Below are positions 38,702-51,344 of a stretch of 64,000 bases of DNA, piece by piece. Position 1 is the stretch's first letter. Each line of letters begins with the position of its first letter. The translations under genes were made by a program, and so were the position numbers. Location of the stretch: the NCBI GenBank assembly GCA_043228905.1, contig JBHGNT010000020.1, positions 13,516,001-13,580,000 of the forward strand, given 5' to 3'. Source of the stretch: Azolla caroliniana. Its lineage: Eukaryota > Plantae > Polypodiophyta. Under the pieces are notes generated by a model that had not been told where the DNA came from, made no database searches, and saw only the letters and a list, made by a program, of their open reading frames with translations.

Positions 38702-39195
38702 TGTCATGACTGAGAGAGAGAAAGTGTCAAGACTGAGAGAGAGAAAGAGAGAGAAAAAGAGATAGAGAGATAATTGAAAGAGAATTATTATATTGAAGCG
38801 TAAAATGGATTACAAAGAGTAGGCTACAAAATGGCGTTGAACCAATTTAAGTTTGGGATGGGTGGTAGATCCCTATTTATAAGTAATAGAGAACTCTCTA
38901 GAATATTCTAGGTTATCCTAGAATGTAGAGTAATCTAGAAGATCTATAGAGTATTCTAGAAGGTTCTAGTGGTATAGAACACTCTAGAATATTCTAGGTC
39001 ATTCTAGAATGTAGAGTAATATAGAATATTCCTATGATATTAGATTTCATATTCTAGAGACTATACATATAAGAATATTAATACAATGGTTAAGGATTTG
39101 ACATGTGTACAACAAGGTCGTGGGTTCAAATCCTTTCGAGTCATAATGTGAGTGTCATGATCCTTTCGATGCATGATGTGACTGTTATCATGACA
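38702..39195 (-). repeat. 5' LTR of element B
   Basis: Direct repeat of 33365-33858, with a TATAAATA box on minus at 38874-38881. Confidence 0.97.
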
Positions 39196-39845
39196 ATCAT
39201 ATACTCGAAGTGCCCATATCTGGTGCGGAATGCAGTCTTCCATTCATCTCTTGGTCAGATCCGTACGAGGCTATATGCTCCTCATAAGTCTATCTTTGTG
39301 AAGAACCTTGCACCATTGATCCATTCTAAAAGACCTGAGATAAGGGTAAATGCATACCTATTCCTGATGGTGACCTTATTCAAGCCGCGATAGTCTACAA
39401 CGAGACGAAGTGATCCATCCTTTTTCTTGACAAAGAAAATGGGTGCACCGGCTGGAGATTTCGAATGTCGAATGAAACCGTTTGCCAAATTCTCCTCTAT
39501 ATAGGCTCGAAGGACTTCTAGCTCGATTGGTGACAAATTGTAGATCGGTTCCCATGGTGGCTCTTTTCCCGGTTATAAATCGATGGGGCAATCATACGGT
39601 CGGTGGTGAGGACGTGTATTGGCTTGTACCTTATCGAACACATCGGCATACTGACGATACTTCTCTAGAAGTTGAACTGTGGATTCCTCTTTAGTAGTGT
39701 TGGAAGGTTTTACTGATACCGCGAAGACAAACATTGCTTCCTTGCGTCCTTCCTCACGCAATTGATGTAGCGAAATGGTTGCAATCTTATGAGTAGATCC
39801 TCGGATTTGTCGATGCCGGATTTCTCTTGTTCTCCAATCTATTGT

Positions 39846-39947
39846 GTATAAAGGAGACGGTGTGAATACGTCCATTAGAAGCTTGTATTCAACAGTAAGA
39901 GGTATTACAATAAGAGTCTCGGTTGCAACGACCTCGAGCTCTGTATC
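39846..39947 (-). mobile_element. Fragment of a copia LTR related to 26852-27440
   Basis: GTAAGAGGTATTACAATAAGAGTCTCG...GACCTCGAGCTCTGTATC is shared with about 27067-27119. Confidence 0.75.
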
Positions 39948-40675
39948 ATGAAATTACTCACGTGGAACATACAAGGTCTAGGAATGTATGTTGGAGAGGA
40001 AGAACTTCCGCCAAGAGTTCAAATCCCTGAGTTTCAAGGGATCCTGGATATTTTGCTGCTACAAGAGCACTATCTAAGTGCAAACAGGATCTTGAATATT
40101 GGCAATCCTCTTGAGGAGGATTGACATACATTTTGGTCCCCAACTCAAGGTGAGCACAATAGGAAAGGGGGTGTATGTACATCTATAAGGAATTCTTCAG
40201 ATGTCGTCATGGTGGGACAGGACACCATAGTGGAGGGACGTGCCATCTATGTGACTATCAGATGGTACCAATGCATAATCGGCATAATAAACATGTATAC
40301 GTGTATGCGCCCAATTTGTCAACAAATCGGGCCCATTTTTGGAGACAATTGGCCGATGGCTTGCCGATTGCAGATCATGGATCCTTGCAGGGGATTTTAA
40401 CATGACTTTGTACAAAGAGGAAAAGGTGGGGGGCATGCAAATGGTGGTGCAGGGGTCTGAGCTAGTTGCGTGGGATTTGTTGATGGGTTTAATGGGGGTG
40501 AAAGATGCCTGGCATGTAATAAAAAAACTTTGGAGTTCGCAAAGTTTTTTTAGAGCAGGCTACAATATGAATGGCTTTTGCATGTCTTGCATAGATAGAA
40601 TATACATCAACTTGGAACTAGAAAATTTTGGAACCAATGTTGAAATCATTGCAAGTTCAACATACTCCGATCAAC
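39948..40675 (+). mobile_element. Degenerate LINE ORF2 N-terminus (APE endonuclease)
   Basis: MKLLTWNIQGL, LLQE, VYAPN, GDFN, IDRIY and SD motifs, with frameshifts. Confidence 0.85.
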
Positions 40676-41330
40676 GTACATACATACATGCATCCATCCA
40701 TCCATACATACATACATACATACACACACTTGCACAAACACTTCCATACATACGTACATATACAACCACCCATACACATTAACATATGTATTCAATCAAA
40801 TTCATACCCATACTCCTATTATCCTATACATTAATACACATACCCAAACCAATTTACACATATATGCCCACATACATTATACATATACAAATTCATACAC
40901 ATACACAACCCTACACATGTATACGTACACACACACAAAATTACCAAGTATACATATACGTGTCCATATACGCATACATAACACATACTTATATGCATAT
41001 TTACGCACAGTAGACACACACATACACAAACCTATGCACATACATCTTCACATTAATATATGCACACTCATATACATATACCTAAACATACACACATACA
41101 TTCACATATACACTTAATACATATTCGTACTTTTACATACATACATATACATTTACAAACACATAGACTTATGTTTACACTTACCAATATCCATATACAT
41201 ATGCACATGTATATACACATTCATATACACATACGCACACACATATAAATATGCACATAGGAACATACCTATCCAAGTTTATGTACATTTATATATACCG
41301 ACACATATTCCACTACACACAAATCTGCAA
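40676..41330. repeat. Long degenerate (TACA/CA)-rich low-complexity tract
   Basis: About 650 bp of ACAT/ACAC variants. It accounts for the H/T/Y/I-rich spurious ORFs here. Confidence 0.9.
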
Positions 41331-41642
41331 CCTTATCTTAAACTCTTCTATTGACATTGAACAATGTGGAATTACATCCTTCATACAAAAGCACTACACC
41401 TATTCGAACTTTAACAAAGAATGCCATACCAACATAAGCCTCTTAGGAACGTGAACAACCTCCTAGAAAATGATATTGGATTAGATAAATTCCTAGAATG
41501 GAAGTTAATGAGATGAGTCGAGCTCCTTGGAAGGGGCCAATATGACTAATAGCTCGGGTTGTTACACTCCCAAGGGTCACTACTGAGTGAGTCCCTTGGG
41601 GTCACCTTCCTCGTGATGGGCTAGTTAAAGATTTAGGCCAAG

Positions 41643-41842
41643 ACATCACTCCCCAATGGTAAAGACCACGTTATACATTAATACATAAAAAAACACTTAC
41701 TTGTCCATGCCATACAATTGTGGAAGCCTCGAAAGCTTCTAATGATAATCTAAAATTAACATCACTCCCCAATGGTAAAGACCATGTTATACATTTAAAA
41801 CATTAGAAGTAGCTACCTATCCATTCCATACAACTGTGGAAC
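41643..41842. repeat. Tandem duplication with a period of about 116 bp
   Basis: ACATCACTCCCCAATGGTAAAGACCAYGTTATACATT at 41643 and 41759. Confidence 0.8.
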
Positions 41843-41845
41843 CAT

Positions 41846-42188
41846 TTTGGCCTTATCCAAGCCAAATTGGTTAAGCCTAAACCGTTTTGGGGTTCTCAAA
41901 CTTGAACCAAACCAAACCGATCCCTAAACCGGTTTGTGAACCGGTTTGGAAACCTCCCCCTCTCTCTCACGTTTGTGTCTGTGTAGTCTTAGAAAACGGC
42001 TTGGAAACCGGTTTGGAAACCTCCCTCCCTCTCTCTCAACCAGGCATTGGCCATAATTTGCAGGAACATTCGTAATTTGCAGGAACATTCGGTGGTTCTT
42101 GTGAGAGGGGGAAGGGTCAAAGACACGTCTGTGTAGTCTCCCTCTCACTCACTCACTCACTGTGTAGTCTCTCCCTCCCTCCCTCTCT

Positions 42189-42231
<43 letters not shown>

Positions 42232-42504
42232 CCTTGTCTGCGTAGTCTCTCTCTCTCTCTCTTGTCTGTTGTGTAGTCTCCCTCCCTCCCTCCCTCCCTC
42301 CCTCCCTCTCTCTCTCTAACTAATTTCTAACTTTCAAGTTTTTCTCTAACTTAAGTACTAAACCACGTAAACGGCTAAACCGGTTTGGCAAGGCTCAAGC
42401 CAAGCCGAACCAATCTCAAACTGTTTAGTCAAGCTCAAGCCTAAGACGAGCCGTTAAGCTGTTTTAACCGTTTTATGATTGAGCCGAGCATTCGCAGATC
42501 CCTA
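41846..42504. mobile_element. hAT-type MITE, same family as 29925-30357, left end lost
   Basis: Shares TTTGGCCTTATCCAAGCCAAA...GGGGTTCTCAAAC and the CT-rich core. Right end reads GCAGATCCCTA. Confidence 0.8.
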
Positions 42505-42552
42505 GTAAATGGTTGGTTCTAAATATCATCAACGATTTAGTTTGAAGGAAGA

Positions 42553-42595
<43 letters not shown>

Positions 42596-42722
42596 CAATT
42601 TAAGAAGCCCAATGACTCTCTCTCTTTGGAAGTAACGAAGAAAAGAGTTGTAGAAACACACACACACACACAAAGAGATACATAGAGAGAGAGAGAGAGA
42701 GACGTTACAGACGAGGTTGGGG

Positions 42723-44141
42723 ATGGGCATGACGTGGCATTGTCAGGGGTACAAGACCGCGTTCACACAGGTCTGCCTGGTAGGGATCATCTGTTTCTGT
42801 TGTCCAGGCATGTTCAATGCCTTGAATGGCATGGGAGGAGGTGGCCAAGAAGACCCACATGTGGCCAACAACTCCTTGACCGCCCTCTATGCCTTCTTCG
42901 CGGTCTTCGGGGTTCTGGGCGGAGGAATTTATAATACTTGCGGTGCTCGGGCCACCCTATTCGCTGGTTGCTGCCCATATGTCCTCTACGTGGCCTCTTA
43001 CCTTTACTACAATGACCGGCCCGACCACGCCTCCTTCTTCGTGGTCATGGCCGGTGCGGTTTTAGGCATCGGGGCCGGGCTCTTGTGGGCAGCCCAAGGT
43101 GCCATCATCACTTCCTACCCTTCTCCCTCCCGAAAGGGCCTATTTATCTCCCTCTTTTGGACCATCTTCAACTTGGGCGGCGTCTTGGGCGCTTTCATAC
43201 CTTTGGCACTTAACTTCCACTCCGAAAGCACGGGCCACGTGAACGATGCCACCTATGTAGCATTCATGTCCATCATGGCCGTCGGCGCTTTACTTGCCTT
43301 GCTTCTATCGAACCCTAATTCGGTACTACGCGACGATGGAACCCCCGTGAGAACTCGCCTCGGTCCCGAACCTCTCTTCTCAACTTTGTTCGGCGAATTG
43401 ATCCAAGTTTCTAAGCTTTTTGTCGATTGGCGTATGCTCCTTCTCGCCCCGGCTTGCGTAGCCTCCAATTTCTTCTATACCTACCAATTCAACAATGTGA
43501 ACGCGGCCCTCTTCGATGTGCGGACACGGGCTTTCAACAATGTCTTCTATTGGGGTGCCCAAATGGGTGGCTCCATCATGATGGGATATGTCCTAGACAA
43601 AAGCCATAAGAGAAGAAGAGTCCGGGGACTCCTCGGCTGCGGCATTCTAGCCACCATCGGGATGGCCATATGGGGAGGCGGATTCGCTAACCAACTGCAG
43701 TATTCTCGAGCCCGACCATTTGAACCCAAATTGGATTTTGCACTAGGCCGCCCATTCGCTGGCCCATTCGCACTCTATGTCACTTACGGCCTCCTCGATG
43801 CCATGTACCAAACCCTTTGCTATTGGACCATAGGGGCGATATCAGGCGAGCCAGATGAGCTTAGCCGATATAGTGGATTTTACAAGGGTGTACAAAGTGC
43901 GGGTGCCGCAATTGCATGGCATATCGACAACACGGGGGTCTCGTTTGTTGGTGAGCTCCTCATCAATTGGTTGCTTATGGGCGCCTCATTCCCGCTCCTT
44001 GCCATCCTTCACATGTGCGCTGTTAAAGAGGAGGATTGTGGTGATCCTAGTGAATCGGGTCTTCAAGATCAGGAGGAGGCAGCCATCCCCTCTAAACTTG
44101 GGGATGCCACCAATGTCCCCACCACCATGGCTAAAGAATAA
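42723..44141 (+). CDS. UNC93-like major facilitator superfamily membrane protein, intronless
   Basis: QVCLVGIICFCCPGMFNALNGMGGGGQ, GAGLLWAAQG, SNFFYTYQFNNVN and RYSGFYKGVQSAGAA are signatures of plant UNC93-like proteins. Many hydrophobic segments. Confidence 0.93.
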   Translation: MGMTWHCQGYKTAFTQVCLVGIICFCCPGMFNALNGMGGGGQEDPHVANNSLTALYAFFAVFGVLGGGIYNTCGARATLFAGCCPYVLYVASYLYYNDRPDHASFFVVMAGAVLGIGAGLLWAAQGAIITSYPSPSRKGLFISLFWTIFNLGGVLGAFIPLALNFHSESTGHVNDATYVAFMSIMAVGALLALLLSNPNSVLRDDGTPVRTRLGPEPLFSTLFGELIQVSKLFVDWRMLLLAPACVASNFFYTYQFNNVNAALFDVRTRAFNNVFYWGAQMGGSIMMGYVLDKSHKRRRVRGLLGCGILATIGMAIWGGGFANQLQYSRARPFEPKLDFALGRPFAGPFALYVTYGLLDAMYQTLCYWTIGAISGEPDELSRYSGFYKGVQSAGAAIAWHIDNTGVSFVGELLINWLLMGASFPLLAILHMCAVKEEDCGDPSESGLQDQEEAAIPSKLGDATNVPTTMAKE

Positions 44142-46339
44142 TCCCCTCATTCTTAGACTCTCTCCTCTTGACTAAAGCCTATTGTGTTGTTTAGTGGTCA
44201 TCAATAATGTCCCAAAGCCTTTGGGACACCTAATGTGTTGGTCATATCATCAAAGCCTTTGGGGCACTTGTATTGAATTATTTTGTATGATTGATGTTCA
44301 ACTAATATTATTTTTTATAAAATATTGATTCTACAACAAGATAATGTGCCAAATTCCAATTCGTTTCTTTCCAATAATTGTGCTAGTGTCTCAGCTTGTA
44401 TGAGTAGGACCAAATGTTGAACAAAGTTACAAAATAAATACAAAATATTTCTGATCCAATGTTTTGTTGTATACTCCCTAATGGATAAAGTTGGCAAGAG
44501 TGACCAAGGAGAAATTGTCAAATGGATTGAAGCTAATGAGCGGCTCCTTTTTAGAGGACACAACGTTTTTCCTATTTTCGAGCCTTCTAATCATAGATAG
44601 ATATTGATCAAGGGATCGAACACGCATATGAATATGGGATTAGCTTTAGATAACAATATGATTGAGTTTTGAGAGATCGAGAGTACCAAAATTCTAGTTT
44701 TTGAATCATCCCTACTTGCCCCTACTTGCTAAGGTTGAGATTATTATTCCTATTTAAAAATACAATAATTTTGAAGTGCAACTCTTTTGAGACTTATTTT
44801 TCCTATAGAGTAACCTTCTTGTCTAGGAGTTTCTCATTTAAGGCCCAATATTGTCTCTCATGTAATTTCACTCTATTCATGGATCTTTCTTTCTCCTTCA
44901 AATTATGGGTGGAGGAAAACCTACTCCTCTACCCATGAAGTATTTTCCAATGTGCATGAGAATTACTCTTAACTGAACGTGGGATATCTTTAAACTCCCC
45001 CCTTGGGAAATATTCCCAACTTTACTCAAAAAAACCCGAAGGACCCACAAGAAAAAGCATATAGTCAAACTAACTAAAAAGCTATAACATGTAAGGCATC
45101 ACAACTACCAAGTCAAACATAATTGAAGAACTGTTAAATTTAGGAATATGTTAAATTGCTCTTAAGTGCAAACTCCCATAATTTACCATAGTTAAATATA
45201 ACTTTGGTTGGACGCTACAAAAATTTAGAAAGAAAATTATTATAAGGTGTAATACTTTACATTGGAGGGTACGCTAAGATCTTATTATGATATAATAACA
45301 ATGTATATCAACCATGTGCATAAACTTGTAGTTTTTTATCAAACTTCTCATTCATTATTGAAGTTTAGTTGTTACTTTAAATAGCAATATTGATGCACTA
45401 AGATGTATCTTAAGAAATGATTTCTCAAATGAGCAAAGGTGCAATATTATAATATTTAGGAAGTTGAGAGAGTAGGAACTATAAGTTATTTCATTTGGCA
45501 TATAGACCAATAGTTAGACCATGTGATTCAAGAAAGACCCAAATATTTTTGTACACACGATGACATGTTTCCAAATCATTAGTTAACAACATAGGGAAGA
45601 GATTCTAATCAAGTTGTACGCGGGTTGATTTCACGTTCATTTGGTGAAATTCTCCTATTGCTAAGGCATGAATCAATAAGAGAAGAATATTGATCAAACA
45701 CTGGTGCAAATTCTCATCCTTTTTTACATGCCTCAATTGTAACTTTGTTTTTGAATGATTCATGAATCGATGTGAATGCAAATTATATGTGGGCAAAAAA
45801 GCACTACAAATGTTAACCCATTGTGTCAGTGTGAGCTCAATCTCCTTAGTTGGGACTCTCTAACCTTCACACACTTAGGACAAGCAACCTACTATTACTT
45901 TCAAAGATTATGAAGGCAACAAGTTTTGTGTTATAATTGGAAAAACGCAAGTAAATTTAAGCTTCATAAACGAGAGAGAGCCTTATGGATGTTGGAATTT
46001 ATTGCCAAGAGAGAGAAATAACCAAACAATAAACCATTACAGGGGAGGAGATGAGAGAAAGAATTGAAATCAATACATGTATATTCAATAACAAAAGGGA
46101 AAAGGTGGAACTTTCAAAATTCCCCTAGAGGCATTGCTATTCAAAAATCCTTGAGAACATAGAGTATGACATTCATAGTTATCCACTGCTTGTTTCGAGT
46201 CTCTCTCATGTTTCAACATATGCTTGAATTCAATCGTTTCAGGCGAGTATATGAATGTTATTTTACACACACTAGAAATCTCAAAGATTGACAAGATATT
46301 GTCTCAAAACAAAATGGAGTTAGGTCTCCATATGATGAC

Positions 46340-46602
46340 TAGGAATTAGAAACCAGTTGGTTTTGGCTTAACTAGTTTGGCCTTGTAAGTTGTCCAAGCC
46401 AAATAAGTCAAGGCCAATATAGGTAAGCCTTAATTGGTTAAGGAGTTTTCAAACATGAACCAAATGAAACCAAACCGATCTTTAAACCAGTTTGCAAGGC
46501 TCAAGCCAAACCGAGCTGTTCTAAACTGCCGAACCAGCAAACCGTTAATATAACGTTTTAACGGCTCCGTTCCGGCTTGAGCCGAGCCGTTGCCGACTCC
46601 TG
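46340..46602. mobile_element. Degenerate hAT-type MITE in the PDI promoter
   Basis: Left end TAGGAATT, right end GCCGTTGCCGACTCCTG, internal CAAGCCAAACCG motifs as in the other copies. No clear TSD. Confidence 0.7.
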
Positions 46603-46717
46603 AGTCCTAATAGGCTATTTAGGTGAATTGATAAAAAACTAGAAGGCATTATTTTTGTAGTTTTTGCAAAGAAAATGTGCAACTAGGAGGAGGAGAGGAA
46701 GCAAAAGAAATCGATCC

Positions 46718-47308
46718 ATGGACAGCCCTCGCAGCTTAGCCATCATCTGCCTTCTTCAGATCCTCTTTTTTTCCTGCATTCTAGTGAGAATTGATGGAAA
46801 CGGCGGATCCCTTGTACTTGAACTTACTGAAACCACTTTTGATTCAGCTATATCCGATCATGACTATATACTTGTGGATTTCTACACTCCATGGTGCGGC
46901 CATTGCAAGAGGCTATCTCCTGAGGTGAGAGAAATTCTTTATGCATACGTATATACATGCGTATTATTATATGTGTGTATATATGTGTGTGTGTGTGTCT
47001 GTATACATACACATATATATGACCTTATGTCAAATTGCATCAAATTCAGAATCTTTCACTTCTTCATAGATCATTGAATCTTTTGGATATTACTTTATTA
47101 TTCTTTACGGCAGTATGCAAGGCGAATATTTTAGAAATGGGAGATATCTCAACACACGGGTGTTATTTTCCCCCATACATGCCACAAATTAGTTACACCA
47201 AATATGTATGTATGTGTATATATTTCCCACATTCCTTCCTTGATGGCTAGTTCATGGCTTGCCTATCTTGCATAGAAAGCAGAAAGCAGAAAGGTGTAAG
47301 GTGTGGAG

Positions 47309-47403
<95 letters not shown>

Positions 47404-50400
47404 ACTGTATGAGGCCAAAAAGTACAATTTTTTCATGTAATACATGTGAATGTGAGTAACAACTCTCAATTTGCAAGAACCTTACTAATGAATGTCATGA
47501 CTCACAGTCGTGAGTGCACATTGTGACTATGAGAGAAATTCGTGCAAGGATTGCGTTTGGTTGAAGCTGTATTGAAAGCATAATCGAATGTGATCAAAGG
47601 TGGAGCATTGTATCAAAATGTGATACTCAAGACTCTCAAATGTTTTTAAAGGAGAAATGTGCATAGTCGACTAGACTTGTCACCTGTGGACATCTTGACT
47701 CACATGAAAATAAGTGTGAACTAAGTTGTATGGAAGCAATGGTTTGGATGGTAGATAATGGAATGGGCTCTAACATATATTGATGCGTGCAACTTCCCCA
47801 TTTGATGAAGAATATGGTTTTGTAGTTACACGCAACGTATGTACTATAATGCATGAAGTGTGAGCCTCCACATTTTCCCTATGTTATGATACATTGGCAT
47901 TGCAAAAAGGCCTTATTCACAAAGAATCCATTGATGCATCATGAAATGTGTTACATCCCACTTCCAAACAAAATTTTCATATCCTGTGTCCAATTGGAAC
48001 AACGGTTTTTGCTTTGATGTGTCCTTTGGATATTTTCGATTGCTTCTTGAGAGTGAGTATTGTATATATTAATACAATACAATTGAGAGAGAAGAAAAGA
48101 ATGGTGATATTTTAATATCCTTAGAAGGGTAGAGATATGACCTATTGGATGAAAAAGTAGCATTACAAGATAGCCTGGTTGGTATGCACAACAATTTGAT
48201 GGTGAGAAGCATTGTTAGGATGGTCATGAATGCTTCAAATTGTTGTGGGAGATGCTCCTCATCCTATCATGACTATGAGTGCGGAGGGTGATTACTCTTC
48301 TCCAATTAAATGGCATGGAGGATGAAAAAACGTGGTTGGATGCATCCCATCATGTTGGCTTTCTGTGAGTGTACTTGCATTGCAGTTTGCAATTCTTGGC
48401 ATTCTCGTCCCATTTGGCTGTGAATGAATAAGTAATGCATGATCTGATGTCCTTCGTGAGTATATAATCAGTGTGTACCTCAAGTAGTGTTGCCACATTC
48501 CATCTTGTAAACCATCTTGTATTCACCCTATTGTCTGGCGTGTCCCAAAGTATGGTGTGGTCCACCTTAGCCACAAGGTGCCATTATAGAAACAACTTAC
48601 ATACCTTCGCAATGTTCTCCCATTAGGACGGGGTATAACTCCACTCCATATAGCAAGGCTTGGATTACCAATGGATTGAAATATTTGATCTTTGTGTGGT
48701 ATCTCTGAAGGTTATTGAGATTGTATTTAGATTGATGATGTACCCAACCAGCTTTCAACTGATGTCCTATGCATGTGCCCCAAAAATGGTTGGCAGGGAC
48801 ATCAATGTATAAATATTAGCTTTGTCCTTGTAAGTGAGGCAATTTTGTTCGTGATTATCATATGTATTTGGTCCCTTTGATAGGCCAATCTCACTACAAA
48901 AAATCTTCAATGATGTGAACTGTGTGTGCGTAAACATCCTGTGAGAAGAGCACCACATCTTATGCATAGAGAAGTAACAGTAATGAAATGTTTGCCTAAA
49001 CTTGATCATTAACTGACAAAGTTTTACACTAGCTGGATGCAGCTGCTCCTGGGTTAGCAGAGAAGTCCCCACCCATTATCCTTGCAAAAGTAAATGTGGA
49101 ACAAAATGCCAAACTTGCATCGAAATATGATGTTAGGTACCTTTCTGCCTATTGTTTCTTGATATATTATTTTCAGTTAATGAAATCTTAAAATGGTCAC
49201 TCTTTTTTCTTAAAAAAGTATATATGCCAGAAAGCCACACATTTTAATTTTTTATGTTTGCCTATATCTTGATTAATCGGAAAATGCATTGCATCTCTAA
49301 ATTAAGGCATTTGATTCTTTGTGTGCTCAAGTTGATTAAGGAAAATGTGTAGCAATTTGTAGAAAACAAGATAAAATAAAACAACTGTGGTATTTTGGGG
49401 CAAATACACTTAATAGTGGTTTAGCGTTGCTTATATCGGCATGTAGAAAGTAAATATTGGTTTCCATTAGGGCATATCCGACACTCAAGTTTTTCATCAG
49501 AGGAATTCCAATTGATTATAAGGGTCCTCGCAAAGCTGAATCTCTTTCCTCTCATCTTTGGAAGCTGTCTCATCCTGATGTGAAAGTGCTAAAGAATGAG
49601 GCTGAACTTGAAACGTTTATGCAAAATGATGATTCAAGTTTCCCCATATTTATTAGTTTTGGGATGAAAGAATCTGCTATTTCTTCACATTTAGCAAAAC
49701 AGTATAAAAACAAAGCATGGTTTCTGGTCTTAGAGCAATTTTCCGAGAAAGCAATGGAGAGGTTTGGCTTTGGCAAAGCTCCTGCTATTGTTGCTCACTC
49801 TGTTCAAGGGGATATAGAAGTTCATTATGGACCTTTTACAGGTGTTTTCTTAACTCTACTACAGTTCTTGGCTCAATTTAATTCTATAACACCTTTTTAA
49901 ATTTCTATACAATGGTTATTTTTCCCAGTGCTAATAATCTTAGATAGTTATTAGAATCTCTACAGTCTACTGCGAAATGTTTTAAATAGTCTGTCCTTTT
50001 TTGGGTTAAAATTTTTACATTCTTCATCTTGATTGTTGGAATGTTAAACCTTTTAATATACTCAGTCCTTTTTTATGTTAAAATTTTTACATTCTTCATC
50101 TTGGAACATGAAACCTTTAAATACTGGGTCCTTTTTTGTGCTAAATTTTTTACATTCTTCATCTTGGAACATGAAATCTTCAAATACTGGGTCCTTTTTT
50201 GTGCTAAATTTTTTACATTCTTCATCTTGGAACATGAAATCTTCAAATACTTGGTCTTTTTTTGTATTAAAATTTTTACATTCTTCATCTTGATTGTTGG
50301 AACATGAAACCTTCAAATTTCAATAATATTCTCTTTATATTTTGTATTCTTAATTTCTGTGTCTTTCCAAAGGGCTTCATAATTGTAAATATTTTCATAG

Positions 50401-51344
50401 TTAAAGACAGTGTTAATAATCTCAAAATGATTTACCTTGACAGGATAATTTTCTTATCTATCACAGATCATGATTTATGTCTGTTATGATTTTCAGGGGA
50501 TAAAGATGATGATGTGGTGAGGTTTGTACAACAGAACCTTTTGCCACGGGTGAATGAAGTCACAATGGACAACTTACTGAATATGCGTGAACATGGTCGA
50601 CCAATTGGCCTCGCTATCTTGAGAGACGATATGTCAATTCCATCTGTATCATTCATTAGAATGTTACGAGATTTGGCTCCTCGTAACCAAGCCTTCATCT
50701 TTGCACATGTGGATTCAGTTAAATTTCCTTCCTTTACTGACACTTTTCACATCGACAACAAATCTGTTTTGCCTCGATTCATTATATGGGATGGCCACTC
50801 CACATATTTTGAGGTAATTATACAGTTTCAAATCAAAATTATTGTGTGGGTTAAATATGAAGAGCTCATAGGTAAAGCAATTTTTCTTTCGTCATCTGAT
50901 ATGAAAAAGCAAAATTTTCCTGAGAAGGCAAACTTTATGCCATTGGTTTAATATAAAGGAAGCAAATTGGTGCCATGCTTGTGTCTGACTTCAATATGTC
51001 TATTTTGTATGCCACCTTGCCAGAATTCAGAAGGTTATGATTTTACTGCTGAGAAAGCTGAAGAATACATCAACTTGTTTCTTCAAGAATTCAAGGAAGG
51101 GAAGGCTAAAAAGGTAAAGGTGAAAGGACCAACTTTGATAGAATCTCTTAGGTTCTTTATCGGCACAAATAGCTTTTATATAGTTCTCTTTGTCATCGGA
51201 GCTATAATTTTCGCCCATAGCATTTGGGGATCAGCAGATAGGGACTATATCGGCATAAGGCCAATGGACTACAATGGCAATGCAGAGAGAAGAAACCCAT
51301 TAATGTCTTGTAGTAATGACACTAGTTCAGTTAAAGAAGACTAG
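46718..51344 (+). CDS. PDIL5-2: Protein disulfide isomerase-like 5-2 type (one active thioredoxin domain, C-terminal TM), 5 exons
   Basis: Exons 46718-46924, 49033-49136, 49471-49841, 50497-50813 and 51024-51344, all GT-AG and phase-consistent. Signal peptide, [16 protein letters not shown]|LDAAAP, YPTLKFF...[12 protein letters not shown] and a hydrophobic C-terminal anchor. Confidence 0.9.
47312..47399. repeat. (GA)n microsatellite in PDI intron 1
   Basis: Direct observation. Confidence 0.97.
49993..50318. repeat. 63-bp minisatellite, about 5 copies, in PDI intron 3
   Basis: Units start at 49993, 50065, 50128, 50191 and 50254. Confidence 0.92.

Larger units (their letters stand above)
33365..39195 (-). 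mobile_element. Intact, very young Ty3/gypsy chromovirus B (Tcn1-like)
   Basis: Two 494-bp LTRs (33365-33858, 38702-39195) with TGTCATGA...TCATGACA ends, differing at one position by my comparison. 5-bp TSD ATCAT, PPT at 33859-33872, intact gag and pol. Confidence 0.97.
30377..39845 (-). mobile_element. Older degenerate Ty3/gypsy chromovirus C (3' LTR about 30377-30844; pol fragments 30857-33364 and 39196-39845), split by element B
   Basis: Frameshifted RT (YLDD), RNase H, integrase and chromodomain fragments homologous to element B pol. PPT at 30845-30857. RT is continuous across the ATCAT TSD of element B. Gag and 5' LTR are missing. Confidence 0.88.

Noticed and set aside
40628-41454. His/Thr/Tyr-rich ORFs
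   Set aside because: Artefacts of the CA/TACA low-complexity tract.
50029-50316. Repeat-protein ORFs open in several frames
   Set aside because: Produced by a 63-bp intronic minisatellite. The PDI exons splice in phase without it.
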